The notes: generated by a model from the letters alone, not told the origin. Positions 27,562 to 41,401 are shown, counted from the stretch's first letter. The stretch is 64,000 bases of DNA from Eledone cirrhosa (GCA_964016885.1 OZ024741.1:323888001-323952000); one strand, 5' to 3'. Translations and numbers: made by a program.

Positions 27562-27632
27562 CCTGTTATGCACATTTCAAAGACATCAAAGTCGTTGTGT
27601 AACAATTCTTTGATGTGCTGTCATCAGACAGG
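27562..27632 (-). ncRNA. Type-I hammerhead with extended stem II
   Basis: Minus strand: CCTGT-CTGATGA-cagcACATCAAAG...CTTTGATGTcttt-GAAAT(gtgc)ATA-ACAGG. Confidence 0.7.
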
Positions 27633-28275
27633 TATCTATAATGTTAATTTGATTTTGTTATGCTCGCTATAGTCTGCAACTGGATGTTCGCTGTCCAGCT
27701 ACAAGTGAGCATATTATTTAAGAAACGTTGCCAAGAGACAGTTTAAAGGTGGGTGATATGGCTTACTAGTGGTAGCCGGTGGAAGTAGGTCGCTGGTCTA
27801 AAAGTGTCAACTTACTAATTCTGGTTACCAGCTTCGGAGTAATAAAGTAGGCTGATAAACATATTAGTTTTTTATATTTTTTATTTTAGTATACTTACGA
27901 CCCTGTCTAATTTAAACACAACAACATTTAGCACGCTCTTCTGTGGTGTATATCAGAACGCCTGATAAATGTTTCTCCAAATCCCATAGGTAGAGTAGTA
28001 TATTCTATAGGCACACAGTAAAGTTATCATACTCAAACACTAAAATCCTAGACCCAAACAGAGCTAAGATTAACAGCAACAAATTGTAACTGAAGCACGA
28101 ACTAAACGGGCGTGCAACAGCGCTCACACAGGCAAAGTCCGTAAGCATAGTAAGGGACCTACGTGGTCGGGTCAATAATCTCTAATACTCGGTATGAAAA
28201 GAAAAAGCTAGAATATTCCTACTAGGTTGTTAACTAACTCTATAGACAAAATTACAACTCAACACAAACAATAAT

Positions 28276-28795
28276 GAATAGTCATCCATTGGAGGTAACA
28301 CTGATTAGGGGGACTAGATAAGGGGACTAATGACTTAACTAAATTTCATCCAACAACTGGATCCCTCCTCGTCGAAACCGACGGAGATCCAATGGCAGAA
28401 ACAGACACATAACATATACACTCCAACACACACGCGAGCACTTGGAGAGAACACGCAGACGCAACACAAAATATATTTACACATACACAGATCACACAGA
28501 CACACACTGAAAACAGTATACACGCACACACAGAACACATACACATACACAACACAATATATATATACACACACCCGCACACATACGCAGATACAACACG
28601 ATATATAAAAACACTCAAAATAAAAACACACAATATACATACCAACGCATACAGTCACACATATATTCATACACTTATACACAACATAACATACTCACAC
28701 ACACACACATGCACACACACATCCAAACCAATCACACTCACATGCGCAGTGACACAACGAAATACACATACATCACATGACAGCCTGACGACCTG
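28276..28795. repeat. Second copy of the dispersed repeat at 10213-10775
   Basis: Direct sequence match. Confidence 0.85.
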
Positions 28796-29041
28796 TAGAA
28801 TTATAACTAATTGCTGTAAGCAGAATAAATGCCTCCATAAAAATATACGTGTTTAAGGTTACCATTAGTGGCACAACACAAATATGTTGGAGCAACAGTG
28901 ACCATTCTTTAACAGGATTGGTAAGCGAGCTTTTAAGGAGGGGTGAGCAGTATGGAACGCAATACTCTTTACCGAGGTCAACACTTGCGACCGCACGGCT
29001 CTTTATGAGTGGATCTTCTTCGAGTGGTTGCGATCTTTGAG

Positions 29042-29079
<38 letters not shown>

Positions 29080-29121
29080 AAAGGATAACAAGGACGATTG
29101 GTTACTCCAATACACCCCCTG

Positions 29122-29178
<57 letters not shown>

Positions 29179-29620
29179 CATATATATGTATATAGACATG
29201 CGTCTACATGTTAATATATATATATATATATATATATATTCCCCGCGCAAATCGCGCTCTACAGAATATCTCAGTTACTCACAAACGGAGGACAACAAAG
29301 GCCAAGTACCGTTCCTCTCCAACAGATAACTTTCCCCCTCGGAAAGTTGATGGATGCGAAATCCGAAATATAGGGACAATTAAATCTCTCCCAAGGAAAC
29401 TCTATCTCGTGTAATTATTTTAATTTTACGCTCTTTCCTACGTTCCTCTACACACTATACATCTCATTCTACATTTCTTCTTAAATCTCTCTCTTCACCA
29501 CCGGATTCTGTTACCCAGAGATTTACCCATCTGCATTGTTGAGGCTTCCAAAGCGACCAAATTTTATATATATATATACACACATATATATGTATATAGA
29601 CTAGCGCCTACACGTTAAAA

Positions 29621-29710
29621 CATATCTGAGGAGCTTCCGATTCCAGAGTCAGCTTCGATCATTAATAGATCATTCTTCGAGCTGATCGTCAGTGAAACAT
29701 ATGTAATATG
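29621..29710 (+). ncRNA. Type-I hammerhead with long stem II
   Basis: CATAT-CTGAGGA-GCT...TCAGCT..AGCTGA...AGT-GAAAC(ATAT)GTA-ATATG. Confidence 0.72.
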
Positions 29711-29804
29711 TAATTAAATATGTATATGATGCAACACTGATTCGTTGTTCCCTTATATATTAATACTATACATACATATATATATACATACATGCACGCA
29801 CGCG

Positions 29805-29897
<93 letters not shown>

Positions 29898-30043
29898 ATA
29901 TATATATATATATATATACACATTATAAAACTCCTTTTTTTTAAAATTGCTCCTCTCATTTTTTCAATAATGTGACTTGGACGAATCAAAGAAGAAAAAA
30001 AGAAAAATAGATCCTTTAAATATAGTTTTCGTGCTATTTCCAA

Positions 30044-30203
<160 letters not shown>

Positions 30204-30481
30204 GCTGTATATATATATATATATATATGAATGTAACTATGGTGTAGGTGGCAGCACACATTTTCTTTGTATTTTTACATTTTCTAAATTTGTTGAAAAT
30301 GTTAATTTTTCGTATTTCCTCTCCATAAAAAAAATATGAGTAATTTCTTTAATATCTAAATATATATGTACACATACACACACACACACACACTACACAC
30401 CCAAACACACACACGTGCACGCCCACATACTCACCCCCTCCCCATATAGACACACACACACATACAAATGCACACACATGC

Positions 30482-30524
<43 letters not shown>

Positions 30525-30892
30525 CAATCTATAGAAATGTTGAACGAGTTATGAATTCCGAACGCATATAAGCTTAACAGCTTCAATGCTTGTTTTTCAC
30601 TCCAAAAAGTTGTCTCAGTTGGGTGTGGAAAATATATGTTAAGATATATATAAAATATAATATATATATATGAAATATATATATATATATATATATATAT
30701 GAAAACAGGGAGAAAGAGACGATTATTAGGAAGAAAAATATATTTTTTTCCCTTTTTATTTCTCTCTTTTTTCTGGGTTAGAAAATGATTAAAACGAAAT
30801 GTTTTACTTTGTGTGAAATGTTATGGTATTAGGTGATTTATTTATTAATTAACAATGGTATTTATTTATCAATTTATATATTTAATAATTGT

Positions 30893-30934
30893 CTATTACC
30901 GGTTTCAGCATTTTTATGCATTATCAAATGATAG
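30893..30934 (-). ncRNA. Degenerate minimal hammerhead
   Basis: Minus strand: CTATcat-TTGATAA-T-GCAT(aaaa)TGC-T-GAAA-CCGG-TA-ATAG; two core substitutions. Confidence 0.4.
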
Positions 30935-30955
30935 TGATATGTATATATGAATTTA

Positions 30956-31048
<93 letters not shown>

Positions 31049-31262
31049 TCCCAGTGAATTCCTGATGCTTATTTTATCGACCCCGTAAGGATAAAAGGCA
31101 AAGTTAACCTCGGCGGGATTTTGACTAAAAAACCGTAAAGGGCCGATATATAATATAATATATATGTTACTGAAACCATACAATAATATACCAGACATTA
31201 AGGATAGCAGAAGTGTATAAGGCCAAGCTGGAAGAAGAAATAAGCCTTTCCTGCAATCCCAG

Positions 31263-31434
31263 CCACTCCTCCGTTGACCTTTGAGAAATACATTTTCAAA
31301 GTTGACATCAGGAAACCATTAACTCTTGTGTTCTATCGGTTCTGTCCTCGACAACATTTTTTTACTTCAAAATCTGGTGGTGCCCCTCTCACTCAAGCTG
31401 TCGTTGCAGTCGATATCTTCCTTAAAGAGAGAGG
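31263..31434 (+). CDS. Candidate exon of an unidentified gene
   Basis: Pyrimidine-rich CAG acceptor at 31262, open frame TPPLTFEKYIFKVDIRKPL...VDIFLKER, donor G|GTAAGT at 31435; no homology recognised. Confidence 0.2.
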
Positions 31435-31906
31435 GTAAGTGCGAACACGAGGGAGAGATAAAGGGAGAAATATATATGGAAGCAGAATCAACCCCAGTAA
31501 AATATGTAAGGCAAAGTTGAATTTGGTGGAATGTGAACTCAGAGCTCAGTGAATCGGAAAAAAAATCCATTGTTTTAAAGACCCTGCCAATAAACCGCCT
31601 TAATAATCATGCTAAATGTTAATATATCAATTTGAGCATGAAAATGATGACAGCCTGACGATATAAACAACTGAATGGTAGTTGTATGGCTGTGGTGAGA
31701 TGTCGTTTGACATGTTTTCTCTTGTCATTTGACACTTGGTTGTTAGTAGTGACTACCTAGTAAGATTTATGCGAGATTGAGCAGAGATATCAATCTTGTG
31801 TTGAAAATAGCAGATCCTATTACTCAGTGCAAACCGCAGTAGTGCAGAAGCTGGTCCGTGTCAACGATGTTGTTGGGTCGACAACACAGCAACAAACAGA
31901 GTTCAC

Positions 31907-31943
<37 letters not shown>

Positions 31944-32016
31944 CTCTTTCTCTATCTCTCTTACACCCACCCATCCAAACACACACACCAACACATATTT
32001 ATTTATATTTATGTAT

Positions 32017-32059
<43 letters not shown>

Positions 32060-32302
32060 TGTGTATATAGTAAGGTTCATGGCTTAGTATATACACACGT
32101 GCATACATATATAATCGTTAATTTATCTGGCATCTCCAGACATCTACAAATTTTGAATAGTAGATGTCTGGACATGGATAGTAAATATGTTATTTATATT
32201 GTTTATTGTTTAATGAATTCTGAAGAAATCAGTACAGAGGAAAATAATGGAACATCTTACTGAATTGATAGAAACGTTGGTAAATCAATTACATTATTTA
32301 AT

Positions 32303-32685
32303 GGGCGGTGGATTGGCAGTATCGGTAGAGGGTCGGACGCCATGCTTTCTAGCATAGTTACGTCCCTTTACGATCTGAGTTCAAATCCCGCCGAGGTTGA
32401 CTTTGCCTTTCATCCTTACGGGGTCGATAAAATAAAGTACCAGTAATGCACTGGGTAATTGGTGGCCTTGTGCCTAAAGTAGAAACAATTATTTAATGGG
32501 CGGTGGATTGGCAGTATCGGTAGAGGGTCGGACGCTATGCTTTGCAGCATAGTTACGTCCCTTTACGGACTGAGTTCGAATCCCGCCGAGGTTAACTTTG
32601 CCATTCATCCTTACGGTGTCAATAAAATAAAGTACCAGTAATGCACTGGGTAATTGCTAACCTTGTGCCAAAAGTAGAAACAAAT
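32303..32685 (+). mobile_element. Two tandem tRNA-derived SINEs
   Basis: Each has A box TGGCAGTATCGG and B box GAGTTCRAATCC and ends AAAGTAGAAACAA. Confidence 0.92.
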
Positions 32686-32774
32686 ATTTAATATAATTTA
32701 AATACTGGCTATTTTATTCTTATACACACACACAGGCACATGTATATATATACACACACACACAGATACACACG

Positions 32775-32874
<100 letters not shown>

Positions 32875-33850
32875 ATGAAGATTATGGTAGTATTCTGGAA
32901 TCTTACATCATTTCAATTAATACATATGAATCTTAATAAAAAAGTCGAGACAACAGAAATGTCCAGAACGTCCAGTGTGATTGCCGGCGACTGAGACTTG
33001 TGAAGCAGTCCGTCTAGGTCGGTGATGGTGTGTCGTGAAAAAATGCTTTGAGCTTTAGTCAACGTAAGAACTGTTCAATCTTGGCACTAGAAGTGGAAAA
33101 TGTAATTGGAGTCTTTAAGAAGGTTCATTTGTAGTATTGTATTTGCTGATGTGAGATGAATTGATGACTAGTTTGTTGCTCGAGTCTATGGCAATTGAGG
33201 GAAATATGTCTCAATGACTCGGGAGACGTGTTGTTTTGAAGTCTTGCAATGGTCGATGAAACTAGTTATTGTAGTCTCTTCTTGCGGTGAAGTGATTTTG
33301 TCGCGGGAAAGACGAATTTTCCGAATCACATTGATATGAATTTACAAATGAAATGACACCGCTAATTTTTATATGTTTTTATTAGTTGCATGGTTTACTC
33401 CCAAATCATGTGCAGTAGGCCAACAGGAATAGGTACACTTATAATTGTGGTGTATTGATTGTGAGTATGAATGTAGAATCTAAAAGTAGTTAATTTTTCT
33501 AACCTTGATTGAAGTTGGTATTTAGCATTGCTATCACTGAGCGGGCAAAGCTAGCTAGCGAGTGTGTGCGGGCTATATGATGCACTGTGGAAGAGCGAAG
33601 AAGCAGACTCCATATTCTGGCGGTCAACATTTTTGTGTATATAATGACTAGATCCCCAAAAGCAGTAAAGAGATCGCTGTAAAAATTTCCCTTTGAACGA
33701 AGGCCGTAAATCTAAACGGCAATACCCCTAGCTAAAAAAAAGGAATTGGTATCTAAGTTTGATTGACTGAGGTTAAAGGTCAATATGTGTTTTATCCAAC
33801 TATTTGAGAACATGGGAACAATGTTATTGAGGTTTCGCTACACATACGTC

Positions 33851-33943
<93 letters not shown>

Positions 33944-34804
33944 ACACGTGTGTGTGTGAGTGTATATATGTGTATGCGTGTGTGTGTGAGTACCTGTCTG
34001 TTTGTGTTCATGTCCCATAGCTTAGCGGTTCAACAAAAAAGATATGGAGGAAATAAATACTGCAGTTCATATAGTCAAATGAATCAAGGTAGTACTCCAG
34101 TATGGCTGCAATCTACTGACGTAAACTAGTAAAAGAAGAACACACCACCCCTTAGTGAAATAACATGACAGAACTTTACTTGATTCCTCCAAATGTATTC
34201 TTCATAATAGATTAAATAGCAATGAATAAAAGTAGAAAAAAAAATTAAAACTCTAACTGTGTAAGTAATATGGATATAAGTCATGATATAAGTGATAATA
34301 TAAGTCATGCCAAGCCATGGGACACTAAAGCCTGATGAAGTGTGCGTGTGCGCGTGTGTGTGGGTGTGGGTGTGTGCGTGAAAGACAGAGAGAGAGAGAG
34401 GGAGGGATAAAGAGAGAAAGCAAGAGAGACTGTGTGTGAGAGAGGGAAAGAGGAAGAGAGAGAGAGTGTGTGTGTGTGCATGTGTGAGAGAGAGAATAAG
34501 AGAGTGGAGGGAGAAATATACATGAAGAAACAACCTCAGTAGTGGATTAGTACGTTATTTCTCGACCTCGAAAGGATGAAAGGCAAAGTTGACCTCAGAG
34601 TGAATACAACAAACATTGTATTCGTTGTTCTACCGTCTCTGCCATTTAACTGCCTCACATGATATAAGTAATGTATTGGAAATATTCATAGTAGTCAGCT
34701 ATCGGCCAACATATATAGATATATAAACCAAGTCATATTAATATATAAGCGCGTTGGTTTCCAAACCCATACATACATACAAACATACATACATATATAT
34801 ATAT

Positions 34805-34888
34805 GAAAATGTTTAACCCCGGCGGCAGAGCTCAAGCTGTACTCTAGTGCGTTATGGTCCATCCGGTTTCTTACCACACTTCCTTCGT

Positions 34889-34890
<2 letters not shown>
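34805..34890 (-). repeat. Short (TA)n-embedded repeat, same family as 36513-36840
   Basis: Reverse complement of AACGAAGG..GTGGTAAG.AACC.GATGGACCATAACGCAC...GCTTGAGCTCTGCCG. Confidence 0.75.
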
Positions 34891-34919
<29 letters not shown>

Positions 34920-35171
34920 CAAGGCTCTGATACCATCAACACCATAAACACAGAGCTGGCATATCTAAGAACTGACTAACTGCCTGCTGAGGTCATAGCC
35001 ATTCAATGGCTATCATCGAAATATATATACCAGTAAAAAAAGGATTACGAGTTCATGCAATTGACTTATGTTTCGTCACTATATATATATGTATATATTA
35101 AATTGTACACTCATATCTGCATATGAACATGAATAAATAAATAAATAAATAAATATATATATATATATATA

Positions 35172-35260
<89 letters not shown>

Positions 35261-35264
<4 letters not shown>

Positions 35265-35396
35265 GATATTAACAAATGGAAACTATATTTATAAAACCAT
35301 ATCTATTTTATTATACTTTAACATGGTATCCTTGAAATATGTATAATAAAATAGATATGGTTTTACAAATATAGTTTCCATTTGTTAATATCGTAT
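35261..35396. repeat. Hairpin with ~56-bp arms abutting (TA)n
   Basis: 35261-35316 is a near-perfect reverse complement of 35341-35396. Confidence 0.88.
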
Positions 35397-35704
35397 ATTT
35401 ACTCCAAATACTTGTCGAGTGCTTTATATCAGTTATAAAAATATTTGCTTGTTGTATCCCAACAATTTAAATAGAACTTTTGCATATATATATATATATG
35501 TATACATGCATGTATACAAAGGCTCCAAAATACACATGTTTCTGTGACATTTTGAATGGTATTAATTAGATTTTAATACAACTTAAATCTGTTATAGAAT
35601 TCTGTGTAGAATTTTCCAGAATTCTATTTCAAAATCGGATTAATATAATTCATTTTTCATTATTCTCTATAATGTAATATTTTAAAAGACACATTCTCAT
35701 ATTT

Positions 35705-36250
35705 TGAATGTATGTATGTATGTATGTATGTATGTATGTATGTATGTATGTATGTATGTATGTATGTATGTATGTATGTATGTATGTATGTATGTATGCA
35801 TGTATGTATGTATGTACTGGTGTGCGTGTGTATGTATGTATGCATGTATGCATATATATGCATGTATGCATGTATATATGCCTGTATGAATGAAGGTATG
35901 TACGTATGTGTGTATGTATGTTGGTTTGTGTTTGTATGTATGCATATATGTACATATGTACATATGTGTGCTTGTATGTATGTATGTATGTATGTATGTA
36001 TGTATGTATGTATGTATGTATGTGTGCAGGTGTGTAAGTATGTATGTATGCATATATGTATGTATGCATGTACCTATGTACATATGCATGTATGTATGAA
36101 TGAAGGTATGTACGTATGCGTGTATGTAAGTGTGTATACATGTTGGTTTCTGTTTGTGTTTGTATGTATCTATATATGTACATATGTGTGCTTGTATGTA
36201 TGTATGTTTGTATGTATGTTTTATGTATGTAGTTATGTATGTATGTATAT
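35705..36250. repeat. (TATG)n compound microsatellite
   Basis: Direct reading. Confidence 0.95.
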
Positions 36251-36431
36251 CTTTTCTGTAGATACCTGTATTGACTAGCATTATGATTCTTGATCTTACA
36301 GTTCCTAATTTTACGTGTTTCTGTTGGTATATTATGTCATAAATAATACATACACACACATATATATATATATATAATATACACACATATACATGTATAT
36401 ATATACAGTATATATATATATATATACACAC

Positions 36432-36494
<63 letters not shown>

Positions 36495-36512
36495 CTGTAT
36501 ATATATATATAT

Positions 36513-36840
36513 AACGAAGGCGGTGTGGTAAGGAACCAGATGGACCATAACGCACCAGAGTACTCAATACTGAGCGTAGTAGAGTGGGTAATAGGAAAAT
36601 GTTTAACTCCGACGGCAGAGATCAAGCCGTTTCGACGGCTATTTCCAGAAATAGCCGTCGAAACGGCGTTGAGCTCTGCCGTCGGGGTTAAACCTTTTCC
36701 TATATATATATATATATATATATAACGAAGGAAATGTGGTAAGGAACCAGGTGGACCATAATGCACCAAAGTACTCAATACTTAGGGTAGTAGAGTGGGT
36801 ACGGCTTGAGCTCAGCTGTCGGGGTCTTACTTGTTCCTAT
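36513..36840 (+). repeat. Two tandem copies of a short repeat; the first contains a palindrome at 36591-36703
   Basis: AACGAAGG...GTAGTAGAGTGGGTA occurs twice, separated by (TA)n. Confidence 0.85.
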
Positions 36841-37254
36841 ATATATATAGGAAAATGTATATATATATGTATATATATACATGTAAGTGAGTGTACGTGT
36901 GTGTATGTGTGTGTGTTTTCAATATTTCAAATTCTTTTATTTTGTTATTCGTGCCAGAGACCTTGTCTATCATTAGCATGAAAGAATTTCTCTTTTTGTT
37001 GCAATAATCCGTTACTGTTGCTGTTGCTATTATTGATGTTGTTGATGATTGTATAGTAACGGTAGTAGTTTTTGTTGATACAATTCGTTTTGATGATCTT
37101 TATGATATCGTTGTTGTTATTTTAATTACCTCAGTTGTTGTCGATGATGGTATACTAGTCGTAAATGTTGCATTGTTTTCATTGGTACTGTAGTAAGAAG
37201 AGCGACAGCACTACTAGTAGTAATAGTTGTAGTGGAAGCCACAGTAGTAGTCAC

Positions 37255-37306
<52 letters not shown>

Positions 37307-37308
37307 AC

Positions 37309-37367
<59 letters not shown>

Positions 37368-37368
37368 C
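37255..37368. repeat. (AGT)n microsatellite
   Basis: Direct reading. Confidence 0.95.
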
Positions 37369-37661
37369 AGCTGTAGTAATAGTGGTAGTCTGTTGGCGGG
37401 TCGCTTGTGATATCTATTGTCAATGGTAATTGCTTATTCAGAAGATTTCCGTAAATCTTAGTAACATTAAAATATACATTTAAACTCAAAGGAGGATTGC
37501 AATAAGTGACCTTCCGTTTTATTTGCTAAGTTTTTTTTTGGCTTTTGTGAAATTGTGAGTTCTTCTATGCGTAATGTAATGCTATCTCTGATGTCGCTAA
37601 ACAATTATAATAACGAGAATGTAAGTATGTATGTACGCGTAACTCATAATGGAATACAGCC

Positions 37662-37692
<31 letters not shown>

Positions 37693-37749
37693 AGAGAAAG
37701 AGAGAAAGGGAGAGGGGAAATGATAGAGAGATATAGTTGAAGAATGGAC

Positions 37750-37900
37750 GTCAGTACTATACTGGTATATTTTTATTGACCTCGAAAGGATGAAAGGCAA
37801 CGTTGACCTTGGCGGGATTTGATCTGAGCGCACCGAGCAGCATTAAATACCCCAAATCCTTTTAACTGACGTTCTAGCGACTCTGCTAATTCGTCGCCTA
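37750..37900 (-). mobile_element. SINE, diverged
   Basis: GGATGAAAGGCAACGTTGACCTTGGCGGGATTTGA. Confidence 0.75.
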
Positions 37901-37983
37901 ATAATGAGAATATAGGCTTGCAAATGTTAATAACTAAGATTACTGAAGGATGGAAAACAAAAAAATGAAAATAGACAGCTCAC

Positions 37984-38075
37984 ACTCTGAGCTGTCCCCT
38001 GGAACTCCTTGATTATTCTGATAAACTCTTTCCCACCTGCTTCGAGGTTTAGGCCATTCATATTGGCCATCATCA
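37984..38075 (-). CDS. Candidate exon of an unidentified gene
   Basis: Minus strand: TTCACTATTTACAG acceptor, open in two frames (for example MMANMNGLNLEAGGKEFIRIIKEFQGTAQ), GTGAG donor; unique sequence; no homology recognised. Confidence 0.25.
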
Positions 38076-38609
38076 CTGTAAATAGTGAACGTTGTGGAGT
38101 AGAAAATTTTCCATAGGAAAGATATGATGAGCAATGATATAGATTCAATAACCACGCTGAAATTGTGCAGTCGCATGGCTATATTAAACAATATTTTACT
38201 TCTACATTTAACGCAAGAATAATTATCCTTATTATATTAGTGTCTGAATGAATTATTGGAATAAAATGTTTATCGAATTCTAAAGCTTTCTGAAGAAGGG
38301 AATGTTATCAGAGACGGACAGGCATTCTATTATACCGAACTACATAAAAACTACAAGCTAATTAGTATTATTATATTATTTAAGGAGATAGTGACAAAGA
38401 GACACGTAAGAATATTGAATATTTTAAATGTAAAGAATGAAGAAATCTAATCCATTTTTACAGACTTTACCTCTTCAAAATTTTTAATGTATATATTAAT
38501 CCAGATTTGGGAGTGACAAGAAAAATTATTCTATGATCTTTAAATCTAATGTATGGGTTACAAATAAGTAAAGAGTCTATTGTGTTATTTATATTTATGT
38601 GGGTGACTA

Positions 38610-38880
38610 CTGGATTGGAAAACTATATATTCTCGCCTGTTTTCAAAGTCCAGCAGTTGCAAGAGCGGGAGGGATCGTCCTGATGAGAACCAGTTCAGTT
38701 CAAATTGCATCGACGATTGTACCCCTCCTTCTGCTGGGCACCACCAAAGGGCGAGGGTTGCCGGTGTTTTTCAATAACTACGGCTTTCTAAATGTTTATT
38801 TATAAAGATATAGTATTTCTTTAGAAATATGAAATTCCAATACATATCTGTATACAGCTATGCTCGAAGCTATATTCTAA
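38610..38880 (+). mobile_element. Diverged member of the hairpin-hammerhead family
   Basis: GAAAACTATATATTCTC box; stem GTCCAGCAG/CTGCTGGGC; tip TCGTC-CTGATGA-GAAC(cagttca)GTTC-AAA-TTGCA-TC-GACGA (38675-38716, G of GAAA missing). Confidence 0.65.
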
Positions 38881-38885
38881 TTCTA

Positions 38886-39011
<126 letters not shown>

Positions 39012-40602
39012 CTGAATTGAAGTCATCGGATATGATCGAAGAAACTTCGAATGCTTTCTCACTCATTCGATGTTTTAATTAAGCTAGTATCCTTAAGATA
39101 CCAACCCAAATGAAAACAGAATTCACACTAATACGTTAAATAGTGAGAAGAACGATTTCGTATGGGTAGAGAATTAGATTCCATATATATATGAGAGCTG
39201 AATCAGTCATAAACTGTAGGCACCGAGTGCAGGCATCGTACTTCGCCTGGGAAGCGACTGCGACATGAAAACTATAAACTGGGTCCCTCTGCCCTAACCA
39301 TAACACTCCGGTGGGTAGGTGATGTAAACAAACATCTCTGAACCAAATGTACATCCCAGACTCTGCCCGAACAGGCATTAGTAAAGCAACACCCACAAGA
39401 TGTGCATCCCAGACCCGACAGCACCCATAAAATAATAACACAAACCACCATCATGTGAATGGGTAAATAAACCAAGTGGGACAAGATTGTTCGAGCACCG
39501 GCCGGAGTTACTCCCCCTGCTCTGCAATAGTAACAGCACAGGCACTTAAGCGAAGAATGAACTCTGATGTGAATTTAACCTTAAAACCCCTCCTGGGTCG
39601 CGTATTGATCTTTTTTTGTTTCCCATGCCCTCGATAAGCCCATTCTGGTCGAAACGTACGCAGGTGCATTGTTATATAAACATGTTTTAACGGTTTATAC
39701 TCCTTGTATTCATTTCTTTTATATATATATATATATATAACCAAAGTTGGTATAATCATAGACATACTTTTAATAGACCGGAAAAAGTAAAAAAAATGTT
39801 TTCTACATTGTAAAAGAGTTATCTTACTTTTGTTTATATTGTCCGTAACATTTTTTTATTACCTTGAAAAAACATATAAAATATAGATTAATATATGATA
39901 ATTATATTTTAATAATACATAGACTATCATTAAAAGTAAACAATATATATTAGAATAATTTTAATAGTTATTTAATTAGGCATTAAAGATATATTGTTTT
40001 AATGTAGTATAATATTAATAGAATACCTTACCTTATAATAAAAATTGTCATAATCTAGAATGAGCTAAATTAAATTAAATTAATTTAAGCATTTAAATTT
40101 GTAATTAACTTAAATATTTGATTGCTATAGAAAGTAATCTATGCCTAATAATCTGGATATAATATAAACTTATAATTAACTAAAGCGTAATCCAATACAA
40201 GCGGTATTCACTGATAAGTATTATGGAAAATTTTGAATTTTGAAATTTGTCTAGCTTTTGAATACAACGGATTTTTATTCTCCCCTTTATTTTATCCTTT
40301 CCTTTGCCTTTTCTTCGTTTTCTTTATTTCCCTTCTTTTCTCTCCGCATCTTTCCTTTTTTCTTCTGTTCTTTATTTCCCTCCTTTTCTCTCTGCATCTT
40401 CCCTTTTCTTCTTTTACTTATTTTTTCTTCATATCTTCCCTTTCAACTCCCCTTCTATATTTCTACCTTGCTTTACGACCTCTTCTTCTCTAAGTTTATC
40501 ATATTATTTGAGGTATAAAAATGTTGAGGGTTGGTGAAATAAATCACTACCACTACAGGAATTGAATAATCAAAACCGTAGCGGTATGTCGCATATCGAA
40601 TC

Positions 40603-40689
40603 TCTCATATATTTTATCTGATGAAAACGTACTGAAACACCATTGTACCTTTGAATATGTATAATAAAATATATATTTTGGATATGAGA
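40603..40689 (+). ncRNA. Type-I hammerhead, one core A missing
   Basis: ATATATTTTAT-CTGATGA-AAAcGTAC...GTACcTTT-GAA-TATGTATA-ATAAAATATAT, with an 11-bp stem I. Confidence 0.55.
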
Positions 40690-40714
40690 ATATTTTTCAT
40701 TTATTAATATTTTG

Positions 40715-40787
<73 letters not shown>

Positions 40788-40948
40788 TGAGTTATAAACT
40801 CGAAATAGTCTTTTACAATTAAATAACTGAAAGAAGCAAATATTTCCGAGCCGTGTAATACAAATGAATATATGAGGGATCAACACCTATACAATTATAC
40901 GTGTGTTCGAATTGCAAATGACCAAGTTAGCTAGGTTGAAAAATACTA

Positions 40949-41401
40949 ATTTAACATAAGATGGTTTGCCTGTCTCGATTTAAAATAATAAATCAATAAA
41001 AATAAAAAAAACTATATTGGCAATGGCCGTGATACCCGGACAAATTCTAAATTTACAACTCAATATTTGATATTCATGGCTCCATACGCTGAGCTAATTT
41101 TAGTCCCATAAAACCGACTGCTATTTTTAGCGGCACGGCTATGGGACGAGTTAGGCGCTGGGACACATGTGCGTTCAACAACACGTATTTCTCAGTCTTC
41201 TTAAGTATTTTGATGTGAATGATACGAATTTTCCTGGATACCCGCAGAAGAGCACAGGAATAGTAACTTTCAAATTTAGAATTTGTCCGGGTATCACGGC
41301 CATTGCCAATATAGGTTTGTTATTTTTATTGATTATTTTATTTATTATTTTTATTGATTTATTATTTTAAATCGAGACAGGCAAACCATATTATGTTAAA
41401 T
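40949..41401. repeat. Foldback/MITE-like inverted repeat, ~105-130 bp arms
   Basis: 40949-41054 is the reverse complement of 41272-41401. Confidence 0.85.

Noticed and set aside
32303-32685. tRNA genes
   Set aside because: The A and B boxes belong to SINE heads; there is no cloverleaf, and a long family-specific body follows.
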